Shown here piece by piece: positions 26,331-40,376 of a DNA stretch of 64,000 bases (the stretch's first letter is position 1; every line of letters begins with the position of its first letter). Source of the DNA: Octopus sinensis (taxonomy: Eukaryota); assembly GCF_006345805.1 (NCBI RefSeq), contig NC_042999.1, positions 18,290,001 through 18,354,000 of the forward strand, written 5' to 3'. The notes under the pieces were generated by a model. It did not search any database and was not told the DNA's origin. It saw only the letters and a list, made by a program, of their open reading frames with translations. Both the position numbers and the translations under genes were made by a program.

Positions 26331-27451
26331 TAAATATATGTATCAAAATGTACTAGAGTATACCTCTCGATCCAGCTATATATTTAACATTTGCTGTTCC
26401 GAAATGTCTGAGACTATCTCGTTATTCATAAATATAAAAAGAAAAAAAATGACATAATTTATGTTTCAAACTCCAAATCATATGAGTCAATCACTGTGAG
26501 AACGTGATGCATTGCATATCCTTAATTGATTACTATAGAAAGCGCTTCTTAAGTCTGTGGGCTGGCAAAATATTAGCGTGTCGGACAAAATGCTCAAGAG
26601 ATTTTATTCCAATATTTTACTTTCTGAGTTCAGATAACGCCTAGGTCTCCTTTGACTGTCAACCATTCGTGGAGCGAAGAAATAATGTGCCACTAAAAGT
26701 CCGAGATCACAGTAACCGATATGCCCTTCCCCTTACAATCCTCAGCCTTGTGCTAAAATTCGAACCAGTATTAATGCACTTCTCAGATCGGAGTCTGTCA
26801 GATTATCCGTCATCTAATCCTTCCAGTTAACTGCATCGTGCACATTTTACAAAGTAGCTTGCAGAAATCACAGGATAAAACATTTTTAGCTGACATTGGA
26901 TCAAATTGCGTTAACTTTGATTGACTTCAATCAAAAGGCATCTTAATCAGGGCTATAATTATCTGAGCAAATTAGAGAAAGTAGCCCATTATGAATACAA
27001 AAAACATAATTAAATCATACTAAAATATGGAGCCAATCTATTTCTTAATGTGAATGTGGAAGCCACAAAGATTGAAACACAATCAAAGGGACACCAAGAA
27101 GTAGAAAAATTGAAATTACTCTCTAATAATAGATCACAATTTTTTTTTTTAATATGATTGATTTTAATTGACTTGTAAAAGCTGTGAAAATAGATGTTGA
27201 TATGGAAAATTGCAACTTGATATGAAAGACATTGTTGAAGGAAATTGTAGGCGATGACATTAAATGCTGCCCTATGATTGGTAGGTTGAAAATTTTCAAG
27301 CAGCAACACTTTCCGCGTTTACACAACGTGCCTCCCATAACTTTATCCAAATTGCAAAACGCAAGTGTTGGAAAGAATTCAACGTCATATTATACACGAT
27401 TTTCTGTAGGTAGATACATCTTTGGAACATATAATAAAATAATAAATAGAA

Positions 27452-27864
27452 AGCCGGCGAGCTGGCAGAATCGTTAAGCACGCCGAGCGAAACGCGTAGC
27501 CGTATTTCGTCTGGCGTTACGTTCTGAGTTCAAATTAAACCGAGGTCGACTTTGCCTATCATCCTTTCCGGGTCGATACATTAAGTACCAGTTACGCACT
27601 GGGGTCGATATAATCGACTTAATCCGTTTGTCCCTGTTTGTCCCCTCTGTATTTATCACCTTGTGGGTAGTAAAGAAATAGGTATTGCGTCTGGTTTTAC
27701 GTGCTGTGTTCAAATTTCGCCGAGGTCGACTTTGCCTTTCATCCTTTCGGGGTCGATAACTTAAGTACCAGTTACGCACTGGGGTCGATATAATCGACTT
27801 AATCCGTTTGTCTATCCCTGTTTGTCCCCTCTGTGTTTAGCTCCTTGTTGGTAGTAAAGAAATA
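27452..27864 (+). mobile_element. SINE family B tandem (full copy plus head-truncated copy) flanked by an imperfect 24-bp direct repeat
   Basis: Junction AAATAG|GTATT.CGTCTG at ~27681. Flanks ACATATAATAAAATAATAAATAGA (27427-27450) and ACATATAATAAAATATAGAATAGA (27864-27887). Confidence 0.88.
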
Positions 27865-28165
27865 CATATAATAAAATATAGAATAGAGAATAAAACTTCA
27901 AGCTACACAAAATATTATATATATGTATATACCCTTACACACATATGCACACATATACTAAAGTGCACACGCATATTTATGTGTACATGTGTTTGTGAGT
28001 GTTTGTGTGTGCATGTAGACGCATAAACATATGTATACATATGCATATTATGTATACATGCATGTATTCTTTTATACATGTTTCCTTTATATTATATTAT
28101 ATTATATTATATTATATTAGCAAATTAATATTCCTGGTGGTTCTATTGCGCATTGCCTTAAATAA

Positions 28166-28923
28166 GATTTCATTCGTCATCTAAGCTGTCAAATAAGCTT
28201 GTGCACGATAACTTTGTTCTATGAAATAATGGTGTTATAAAATATTAAAAAAAGACTTAACTTACAAATACTTAACTACAGTAACAGTATATCTAAATTG
28301 GTGAAGCAATTACAGTAATCTCAGAAAACTAATAGCATTTTATCCTCTAGTAGCTTCCATATTACTATTTATTTGAATCTGATGGTGCATTGCTTAATTT
28401 GTAAGTGCTGCGCTCACGTTCGCTACGATATAGGTTCGATTCCCCGACCAGATCCTTGAAGGAGACATTTAATCTCACGTTGCTCAGCGATCACTTCGAC
28501 AATTGACGTGTGGCACACTGAACACCTGTACAGGTAAATGTCTCTTCGATGGACGAAATGAGATAATGTACGGCACAAATATATAATCACTATAAAGAAA
28601 TCATCTGATCGGGCTGTTCAAGAAGAAGTTCCAGAACCGCTTTTCTCGAACTCCAGAGATTTGTATACATATATCTACATCCTTTAATATTATTGGGTTA
28701 CACTTCTTAGCTGCAATTTTCCATATTTGTATGGTATTTGGTACTTGTAAAAAAAACGACTGAATTCAGAAAATTATATATTATATTATAAAATTGTTAA
28801 AATTCCTAGTGGTTTTATAGCGAATTGTTTTGAATGTGATTTCATTCGTCATCTAAGCTGTCACATAAGCTTGTGCACGGTAACTTTGTTCTATGAAATA
28901 ATGGTGTTATAAAATATAAAAAA
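28166..28923. repeat. ~85-bp direct repeat pair (28166-28252, 28838-28923)
   Basis: GATTTCATTCGTCATCTAAGCTGTCA.ATAAGCTTGTGCACG.TAACTTTGTTCTATGAAATAATGGTGTTATAAAATAT occurs twice. Confidence 0.85.
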
Positions 28924-29512
28924 ATCTAAATGCATCGAAACTGAAATTATGAGAAACGTACAATGTTTCCTATATTTGTATCTGAATCTTTTCTCACTCC
29001 GTTCAAAGATCTCAGCTTCAATAGAACGCTATGTCGTTGATCCAGTGTTATGTCCAGATAACAAAGCATGGTTCCTTTAATTTCAATGTTCTTCCTTGAA
29101 CATTCCTCTTGCAAACTGACATATTCTTTAAGAATAACATTCCCGATGTATCGAGCACAAAACAGCAAGAACATTATATTTTGTAATACGAGGTAGGTGA
29201 CATATATCTACCAATGTGTTATACATTAGAACATGGAATCGGTGGCATAGTTTGAAAAGAAGCTATTTTCAGTTGAAACCAATGTTCAGATGCCACTGGA
29301 ATAGGAGATATCAATCAAAAATTTACGTTGTGAAATATTTACCGCTACTTTCCAGAAATGCCGTAGAACAGCTACACATAGAATTAAAGGAAACATGCTT
29401 TGTTTTCTGAACATAACATTCTAGGTTCCAAACATCACGCAATGCAGGATGTTATCGGTAACATCCCTCAACGTCTGCAAACTGTACAAAGTTATTTTTA
29501 AGAATTACACTA

Positions 29513-29679
29513 TAGGCGCAGGAGTGGCTGCGTGGTAAGTAGCTTGCTAACCAACCACATTGTTCCGGGTTCAGTCCCACTGCGTGGCATCTTGGGTAAG
29601 AGTCTTCTACTATAGCCCCGGGCCGACCAATGTCTTGTGACCGGATTTGGCAGACGGAAACTGAAAGAAGCCAGTCGTA

Positions 29680-29732
<53 letters not shown>

Positions 29733-29941
29733 TTGTGTGTCTGTGTCTGTCCCCCTAGCATTGCTTGACAACCGATGCTGGTGTGTTTACGCCCCCGTCA
29801 CTTAGCGGTTCGGCAAAAGAGACCGATAGAATAAGTACTGGGCTTACAAAGAATAAGTCCCGGGGTCGATCTTCTCGACTAAAAGCGGTGCTACAGCATG
29901 GCCGCAGTCAAATGACTGAAACAAGTAAAAGAGCAAAAGAG
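29513..29941 (+). mobile_element. SINE family A, full-length copy
   Basis: TAGGCGCAGGAGTGGCTGCGTGG ... GACTGAAACAAGTAAAAGAGCAAAAGAG. Confidence 0.92.
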
Positions 29942-31597
29942 TATATTTGACGGGGAATTTTTAACTCGAAACCAAAAGAAAACACATTTTAATGATATAC
30001 CCCATAACTTCACTATACATCGCATTACAAGACATTCCGAGCAGTTAATCGTGACAACATTCATTTTCTCTACATTTAATTTCTCCACGATTTCCTTGTT
30101 TAATCAAGTCAATTTTATAGAGCATAGTAGCATTTGCATCCCCTTTCCAAATTTTCTGAAGTTCAGTTAAGAAATCTTAACATTGTTTCAATAAAATATA
30201 TTCACATATACGTGTGGGGTCGAATACATGAGTGTGAAATCACGTGTCCTTACACAGAAACATCTGTTTTCGTATGTGTGTATGTGTTTTGTTTCTGTGC
30301 GAGTGTGTGTGTCTGCACTTACATATGTATATACGTACGCAAAAGCACATATGGTACCGTGACTTCCGCTTTGATGTGACACTCCGTTTACTGAATGATG
30401 ATGCTGCATCGTGAAAGAATTAATTTTTCTTTTGAAGGTTACAAGAATTTGCTACATTTAGACTCGAAAGGCTTCTTCATACCAAAATTGAATTCAGTTT
30501 GTCAGAAATGTGTATATCAGGTGTATTCAATCTATACTCCGTTAATTATACTACATCTATGTGAAAAGGAATAACAAGTGGTTTAGATGAAGCCCTATTT
30601 GTTCCCTTTCTTCCTGTTCAAGATATTTTAAGAAAAATTTATATTTCATTCTTATCACTATTTACATTTTCTTACGTTCTTTTGTAAATAACTAGAACTA
30701 TGTAAGATAAAAGCATTCCATAATTTTCTTTTCCATATTTTCCATATTTATGTTACATATTCTCTGTAGGTCCCTAATATTCTCTTCTAGGTTATACTTT
30801 CGAAATAATGCAATTAGACTCTACGTATCTCTTCCTTCTTTGTGTATTTTATTTTACTTTGTGCTCCTTCACATGTTATATATTTTATGTACTTTATTAT
30901 AAATGTTAAACATAATACCCAACAGCCCTTCTACGATAGGCACGATATCTGGAATTTGTTGAGCATAGAAGGCTAGTCGATTGTATCGATCCCAGAGTTC
31001 AACTCATAGTCAATATATCGATCCCAAAATGAGGAAAAATCAAAGTCAACCTTAGAGGATTTTGATCACAGAAGGTAAAGGCGGATAAAAAGTTGCTAAA
31101 TATTTTGTCTTCTGGGCCAAAGATTTTGCTCATTTATAGTAGTTCATAACATTATTTGTCATGTCGATAGTGGCAGATAACCCCAGTGGCCGCACATTTT
31201 CCTCATGAAGTCGGAAATTGATATTATGATACTGTCATGTTATTGAGCCTGAAGTTATAAGATCAGATTTTCTTTAACACCTTCCCGATAAACCTGAGAT
31301 AGTTTTGAAAATAAACCCATTAAAAAGGTAATGCGTAAATGAACCTGACATTCTTTAGTGTGGCAACATCTTCATTTTGTATTATCAACTAATATTAACA
31401 ACATATTTGTCATTTACAGATTTTTTTCTAGGTATAACAATATCATTAAAATCTCGTTACCTGGAGACAGTAGGATTGGTGCGATATAAAATTAGTGTTC
31501 TGTGATATCATCCTAATTTTTCCTGATAAAGATAGATACATTTGTTTTGATTTCTTTTTTGTTTTTAAGTTAGATCCTTACTCTCAAAAGCAAAATA

Positions 31598-32090
31598 CAA
31601 GGTGCCTCCAAAAATTATCAGACTTTAATTTTTCCAGCCAAATCTACTGCCCATGATTTAAAATTTCCGATTGTGACGCCGCCTAGAGTATTGACGTGTT
31701 GTGCGCACTCGGATTTTGTTTTCACGTAAGATGTCCGATCGCATCGGGCAGAGATTCTAAGCCCATGGCTCATCACCAGTGATGATGATTTTCATGAAGT
31801 CTGGATCATGATTTGCACAATCCCGCATATCCTAAGCAGTGTTGCTTCTGCTGTTCAATAGCAACTTGAGGACGAGCTTCCCCGACACTTTCCGCATAAA
31901 CAAATCATCCATTAAAATGGAATACATTGATATTTTGAGCAGTTTCCTAGATTCTGACAAGGCGGACTTTCATGGCTATTTGTGAAACCTTCTAAGTTTG
32001 CAATACGTTTCGACATATCGATAACGTTCTTGAGCGTCTTTCGCTCTGCGCTGAGTTGCAGCCATGTTTGAAGCTGTTGTAAAACTCTTT
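31598..32090 (-). mobile_element. mariner (DD34D) transposon relic with one TIR
   Basis: Minus-strand SILMDDLFMRKVSGKLVLKLL...DMRDCANHDPDFMKIIITGDEPW matches the mariner WVP(KLL)/ITGDExW motifs. TA plus TIR-like CAAGGTGCCTCCAAAAATTATCAGACT at 31596-31624. Confidence 0.8.
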
Positions 32091-32641
32091 CAATTCCGCT
32101 TTGCGCTTGACCTTATTGATGGTCCCAGTCCTCAACTAATATTTATTCTATCGACACCGAAATCGGTGAAAGTCAGAGCCAACATTGGCGGATTTGAACT
32201 CAGAACGTAAAGACGGATGCAATTCCACTAAGCATCTTGACGAGAGTGTTAATAATTCCGCTAGATCTTTGCCTTAATTATATATAAAATATCAATCCAT
32301 TTTTTCTTATCCGTTCTAAAAGGTAGCATTCGAAGGAGTTCGTTATATCCTGTTTTAAATCGATTAACTAAAAAACAACAAAAATTCTGATTTTATTTCA
32401 TACGCACATCGCTCTATTAATTTCAATTTTATAAAAGGATATTAATAACGTGTTCATAATTAGTACATTAGGTTCATGTGCGTAATAAATATAGTATAGA
32501 AGTCATAAAATCTCAGGCAATAACGAATAATATCGTATTTATTATCTGTGAATATTATAGAATATAAAAGAACTTTAATAAAAAATTATATCTACTTTTC
32601 TGACGAAGACAATGCCGTTCTGAACATTTTGGCCACCACTC

Positions 32642-32712
<71 letters not shown>

Positions 32713-32770
32713 ACATAGAATATATATATATATATATTATATATGTATATAGAATATATATATATATATG

Positions 32771-32853
<83 letters not shown>

Positions 32854-32940
32854 TATTCGAGACAAAACCACTATTTTGCAAAACAAACAAGGAAAGACTT
32901 AATCAATACATAAAATTTTAATAAATAGTCAAAAAAACCG

Positions 32941-32983
32941 CCACTACAATCGTTTCTTGTCTTGATCGACAATCTTCAGGTGG
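32941..32983 (-). ncRNA. Minimal type I hammerhead ribozyme (mirror copy)
   Basis: Exact reverse complement of 33328-33370. Confidence 0.75.
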
Positions 32984-33327
32984 ACTTCCAATCTAAAAAA
33001 TCAATATTTTAAAATATAAAAATAATAATTTTAAAATGATTAAAGTATGAATGAAAAAATATAAGTATATAATCCATATATAACCTATCTATAATCCATA
33101 TATTATATATGGATTAATATAAAAATAATAATTTTAAAATGATTAAAGTATGAATGAAAAAATATAAGTATATAATCCATATATAACCTATCTATAATCC
33201 ATATATTATATATGGATTATAGATAGGTTATATATGGATTATATACTTATATTTTTTCATTCATACTTTAATTATTTTAAAATTATTATTTTTATATTTT
33301 AAAATATTGATTTTTTAGATTGGAAGT

Positions 33328-33370
33328 CCACCTGAAGATTGTCGATCAAGACAAGAAACGATTGTAGTGG
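33328..33370 (+). ncRNA. Minimal type I hammerhead ribozyme (PLE type)
   Basis: CCAC (stem I)-CTGAAGA-TTGTC-GATCAA-GACAA (stem II)-GAAA-C-GATT-GT-A (cleavage after GUA, 33366)-GTGG (stem I). Confidence 0.78.
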
Positions 33371-33540
33371 CGGTTTTTTTGACTATTTATTAAAATTTTA
33401 TGTATTGATTAAGTCTTTCCTTGTTTGTTTTGCAAAATAGTGGTTTTGTCTCGAATAATATTTTATAATATTTTACTATAAAATCGATTTAATCCTAAAT
33501 CTGATTTTTTCCCTGTAAATTGGATTTATTCCCTAATATT

Positions 33541-33585
<45 letters not shown>

Positions 33586-33939
33586 ATGAAAGAATGGAGT
33601 TGAACGAAACATATTCTCGACATATCTTTCGAAGGCTGTATATTCCTAATTCCGAAAGAATAAGGAGTACATTATGCAGCTTTCTCATCAGGAAAATCAA
33701 GGAACTTATGTCGACATCAAAATGCACAAAAGACTTTTAGCTGACCGCTCTCAAGGAGCCCATGGCGATAATCTTAATTTTAAAATAATTTTAAAATAAA
33801 CATATACATTTCCGCACGAAGACACGTAGTCTATGCCCTAGGGACGTAGCTTCAACCATGTTCTTTCTGATGTGAAGTTGCTACCCAGGTATCGGTTATC
33901 TTTCGAATTATCCTTAATAAGATAATTCATTCAACTACT

Positions 33940-34029
<90 letters not shown>

Positions 34030-34030
34030 A

Positions 34031-34544
<514 letters not shown>

Positions 34545-35138
34545 CACACGATCATCTCCTTTAAGCTTCCGTCTATCAAATCCACTCACGAGGTTTTTGG
34601 TTGCCCATCTGTAACAAAATGTTTGGGAAACAAACTTCTTCGCCCACACTGAAAGCCTGAAAAATTTAACCTGATACCTGATTTCTGATGCAGGTTATGC
34701 AATTTCAATATTCTATCTAATGCTCTTCAAATGACATTCGTATACGACCTTCTTATTTCGTATTTTCTATAACATAATCCATTAAGGACGTTTCCAGATC
34801 AGCTATTATGGATTAATACTGTTTATGACAGACCATGTCAACGACATGTAAAATGTGCCCTAACACCTATTTGATGACGTCGATAATGCTTGTAATATTT
34901 GTTGACATAGAAACACTATAGCTGCAAATAAGAATAGAAGATAAAGAATAAAATATAACAAGTTTTTAATATAAATTATTAAATACATATTAGAAACAAT
35001 ATTATAATCAAAATACCATACCGGAGAGAAGACCTAATTCTATTACATAATATATACATATAAATGCGTATATGTGTCTGTGTGAGTGTGTGTTCACACA
35101 TATATTTTTATCTGTGTGCATTCGTGTGTGTATATGTT

Positions 35139-35372
35139 ACCTATTTCTTTACTACCCACACAGGGCTAAACCCAGAGGGGACAAATAAGGACAGACGAAC
35201 GGATTGAGTCGATTACATCGAACCCAGTGCGTAACTGGTGCTTAATTTATCGATCCCGAAAAGATGAAACGCAAAGTCGACCTCGGCGGAATTTGAACTC
35301 AGAACGTAAAGACAGACGAAATACCAGAAGGCATTTCGCTCGGCGTGCTAACGATTCTGCCAGCTCGCCGTT
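35139..35372 (-). mobile_element. SINE family B, single copy
   Basis: Aligns to family B over its full length. Confidence 0.9.
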
Positions 35373-36130
35373 ATTTCCTGGAATAACTAGGTATTTCGTG
35401 AATTATCTAACTGAATCAGTTGAAGTGTATAAAATTATTACATTTTACAGTTTAACTATTTATTTTATAGAATTCATGAAATATCTAGTTATTCCATGAA
35501 CCAACTGAATTATACGTTTCTATATATTTCGTATTTCTACGTGTTCAAGAAATCGCTCTATGCAGTGTCATATTTAATATCATTTTAACAACATCCCGGT
35601 TTACTGTTTTAGCATCCACTCCTAAAGATTTGTACATATGGCATACACCGTGAGTACAAACAAAAATGAACTCGTTTCACCAGAAAATGTTGAAGAGGGG
35701 TGTGTAACTGGCACCTTGTCCAAAGTCGTGATTTTCCAGCAATTTTTGCTGTCCTGCTTCTTTAAGCCTTGGGGCGTTTTTACCACGATTCCAATTCGAT
35801 GTTTAATTTGCAATACACCACGGTGTTTCCTGAAAGCAAAACTACTCATAAATAATATTTTCATATTTTACGTATGGTAAGCAATCTAGTTGTTTCCCTC
35901 CCATTTCACTTATTTTAATCGTGGTACTCTGTCGGTTACGACGACGGGGCTTGCGCTGATCCGATCAACATAACAGCCTGCACGTGAATCTAACGTGCAA
36001 GTGGCTGAGCACTCCCCAGACACGTTTACCCTTAACGTAGATCTCGGGAGAGATTCAGCGTACACAGTGTGTGACAAGGCTGGCCTTTTGAAATACAGTT
36101 ACAACAGAAACAAGAATAAACATCCACAAA

Positions 36131-36205
36131 GCGTGGCCTGGGTATCGAAATCGCGATCCTATGACCGCGAGTTCGCTGCCCTAACCACTGGGCCATTGTG
36201 CCTCC
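36131..36205 (-). mobile_element. tRNA-like SINE head (family C, related to 49083-49295)
   Basis: GGAGGCACAATGGCCCAGTGGTTAGGG ... GATTTCGATACC: an A box and a degenerate B box, with no intact cloverleaf. Confidence 0.6.
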
Positions 36206-36798
36206 ACACTTATTTGAATATGTCAGACAAGTCATTTCCCCTCATATGAATGAAATCCTTGTAAATCAAATACACATTATTTCGACATGAATATAAAGGG
36301 GTATAGACGGAGAGAGAAAGAGAGAAAGAGAGAGAGGGAGAGAGAAAGAGAGAAAGAGGAAGATAGATTAGTATATAGATATACACATATTGATATCTGC
36401 ATTTCAATAAGACATTAAAGTTCTCGTTCTTTCATGTAAGCGCCAAATTTATGCGTTCATTAATTTCATTATGTATTCGCAATAAGTTCTAAGACGTCTT
36501 ACATTATCATATATGTAAAGAAAGACACAATTTGCTAATTTGCAAATACTGACAGGACACAGAAAGTGTGTCTATGGCCAGCTGGAGGAGTGTGTCCTCC
36601 TGGGGCTAAAAACTACAGTAGAGTCCACCCTTAGGGGTAGCCATATTGAAATGGCAAATATACGTCACGATGTGTTACCGCTACTGTATATAACTCACTT
36701 TGATATTTATCATTGTTTGATTTCACTTTTTCAATATCAGCGACAGTGGACGCTGGAAAAAGTATAAGTATTTGTGAAGGAAATCTAATTCTCGGCGA

Positions 36799-36868
36799 CA
36801 ACTATGATTGTCACACGCTGACGAGAGGTCAATACCTCGAAACTCGAGTCCGTGTGTATCATAAGTTG
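36799..36868 (+). ncRNA. Type I hammerhead ribozyme, canonical core, extended stem I
   Basis: CACACG-CTGACGA-GAGGT-CAAT-ACCTC-GAAA-C-TCGA-GT-C|CGTGTG, with predicted cleavage after C36850. Stem I extends through an internal loop into TATGAT/ATCATA and CAAC/GTTG. Confidence 0.93.
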
Positions 36869-37150
36869 AAGACGGGAAGGATGACTTCCCTTTGCAAATA
36901 CTGACAGGGCACAGAAAGTGTGTCTATGGCCAGCTGGAGGAGTGTGTCCTCCTGGGGCTAAAAACTACAGTAGCATCCACCCTTAGGGGTAGCCATATTG
37001 AAATGGCAAATATACGTCACGATGTGTTACCGCTACTGTATATAACTCACTTTGATATTTATCATTGTTTGATTTCACTTTTTCAATATCAGCGACAGTG
37101 GACGCTGGAAAAAGTATAAGTATTTGTGAAGGAAATCTAATTCTCGGCGA

Positions 37151-37220
37151 CAACTATGATTGTCACACGCTGACGAGAGGTCAATACCTCGAAACTCGAG
37201 TCCGTGTGTATCATAAGTTG
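37151..37220 (+). ncRNA. Type I hammerhead ribozyme, second identical copy
   Basis: Same sequence as the first; core 37170-37176, predicted cleavage after C37202. Confidence 0.93.
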
Positions 37221-37405
37221 AAGACGGAAGGATGACTTCCCTTTGCAAATACTGACAGGACACAGAAAGTGTGTCTATGGCCAGCTGGAGGAGTGTGTCC
37301 TCCTGGGGCTAAAAACTACAGTAGCATCCACCCTTAGGGGTAGCCATATTGAAATGGCAAATATACGTCACAATATATATATATATTATATATATATATA
37401 TATAT

Positions 37406-37436
<31 letters not shown>

Positions 37437-37568
37437 GTATATGTATATATATGTATATATATATAGATATATATATACATATATATGTGTGTGTATGTAT
37501 ATATACATAGGTATATATATATATATATATACATATACATGTGTGTGTATGTATATGTCTATATACAT

Positions 37569-37626
<58 letters not shown>

Positions 37627-37853
37627 GCACATACATATATATATTTTTTTAGTTTCAGCTCATGCACCGCCGTTTTATGCTACACTGTTATTGCGACGAA
37701 CCTCGTCTAATATGTGGCACTTGGTGAAGAATGAAGTTTGATACAGCTACTCTCATTTGCACCTCTTGCCGTGAGGTAGGTTCATCTGGGACTCTTGACA
37801 GGAAGATGTCCAGCTTTGATTTAAAAACCGCTACATCTACTTTGTGCAAGTTC

Positions 37854-37894
<41 letters not shown>

Positions 37895-38258
37895 ACATAT
37901 CCCTCTATAACTCCTTGTCTTCCTGTTTCTGTCTACCTCACTCAGCTATCTCTATTGCTGCGGAATCAGTGGTGGTAAGACAAACTGATCTATTAAAATT
38001 AAGAATAGTAGTTGCACATCTCCAAATTTGTGAAAATGAATATATTCTGTCTGTATGATGCAACTGGTGTTCATTCTATATTAATGAAACGATCGGAAGA
38101 TGATTTTTGTCACGTATATGTTCCCTGTAGGATATTAAACTACGAATTCAAAATACAAGATATACGTTTGCGAGCACATTCGGTATTCTAATATCAATGC
38201 ACAAACACATATATTCATATATATGTACATATATATACATATACATACACACACACAG

Positions 38259-38308
<50 letters not shown>

Positions 38309-38628
38309 ATACATATATCTGTATGTGTATATGTGTATACGTATATAGTATGTATGTATATAAGTTGGTATGTACATGGAGAGAAGAATACCAAAAATAT
38401 TTATAGATGCTTTGAGCTGAAAGTTGAAAAGCATAACATAAAATGAGCGACAAGCAGATTCAAAAATACGCAGCTGCGAATAAATATGCACAAGAAAAAC
38501 ATCAAACTTCCGAATGCGAAACAGACCCACAAAAAAGTAAATTATAGGAATAGCTTGCATTCTTAATAAATCGATATCATTGTAGAAAATATATGAAAAA
38601 TAATCATGTGTATGTACGTATGTATGTA

Positions 38629-38660
<32 letters not shown>

Positions 38661-38739
38661 CATACATATATATACATATATATATATGTATACACACTTA
38701 AATTCACTCACAGACACACACATGTCTGCACGTATGTAT

Positions 38740-38783
<44 letters not shown>

Positions 38784-39347
38784 ATATATATATATATATA
38801 TATACATATATACATACAGAGAAAACGAGTGAGGGAGAGATAGAGAATAATCGAATTCCACTGATTGGAATTTCAACTGACTTCTAAGTCTAACATCAGC
38901 ACGTTAAAATTTTTAATACAGAAATAAAAAAAAAATAGAGAAACATACCCAATTTTTTTTTAATGTAATATAACTTCATAGAAAAAAAAATGAAAATCAA
39001 AAATTTTATATATCCTCAATACTTTTAAAAGGAAAATTTTGTTAATTTATCCCTCAGAGAATCTTATTCAAGTACCACGTTCGTTCACCCTTCGATAAGT
39101 GAAAAATATTTAAACAGAAATATGTGTGCATGCCTGCCTTCCTGCATCGTTGCATTCAACTGCAATATTTTGGGATGTGCCTTGAGTTTCAGAATATGTA
39201 TTGTGTATATATACATACATACAGGCATAAAAACACACACACACACACATATCTTTCCCTTCTTTCCTGAGCGTCAATAATACTTTAATTGTTCCACGTC
39301 TTCGCGTTGCTGTGTTTTTTCTCTTTTTTCTGTTTTCTTGTTTGGAT

Positions 39348-39402
<55 letters not shown>

Positions 39403-39445
39403 TATGCACATATACATATACATACATATATATATACATACAGAT

Positions 39446-39492
<47 letters not shown>

Positions 39493-39717
39493 TTCTGCCT
39501 TAAAAAATGGATTTACAACATCAATATCCCTACATATCTTGCACCTATTTTCTTTCCTCCCCCTCAATCTCTATTTTGTATCACATCTAAACTAACTATG
39601 ACTTAACCATCCACTCACACTGTTTCCAATGAAGGGATATGATTAATAAATATCCTGGAAACAGCTGTAAGACCTTCTATCTATAAATGTTCTAATATCT
39701 ACACAGCCTTGGTTTTT

Positions 39718-40376
<659 letters not shown>

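Larger units (their letters stand above)
32844..33545. mobile_element. Near-perfect palindromic PLE-pLTR-like element carrying a hammerhead on each arm
   Basis: Arms 32844-33205 and 33209-33467 with a 3-nt loop at 33206-33208. A ~100-bp internal duplication lies in the left arm, a unique tail at 33468-33545, and (TA)n on both sides. Confidence 0.85.
36539..37371 (+). mobile_element. Non-LTR retrozyme-like tandem array: 2.4 copies of a 352-bp unit, one hammerhead per complete unit
   Basis: Units start at 36539, 36891 and ~37242 and are ~99% identical. They differ at GGACAC/GGGCAC, AGAGTCC/AGCATCC and a 1-nt indel. HHR cores lie exactly 352 nt apart (36818, 37170). Confidence 0.9.

Noticed and set aside
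32600-32630. CTGACGA...GAAC hammerhead-like string
   Set aside because: GAAC instead of GAAA, a bulged stem II and no stem I pairing.
33640-33696. Minus-strand CTGATGA-GAAAG...CTTTC-GGAA motif
   Set aside because: GGAA replaces GAAA and there is no stem III; probably chance.
36540-37119. Repeated 75-aa ORFs (MQILTGHRK...) in the 352-bp array
   Set aside because: They start at TTG, have no recognisable domain, and the frame is not obviously kept in the diverged 14-kb monomer. The RNA structure explains the conservation.
36539-37371. CRISPR-like or plain satellite interpretation of the tandem arrays
   Set aside because: The whole unit repeats with no unique spacers, there are no cas genes, and the context is eukaryotic. 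The perfect hammerhead per unit argues against a plain satellite.
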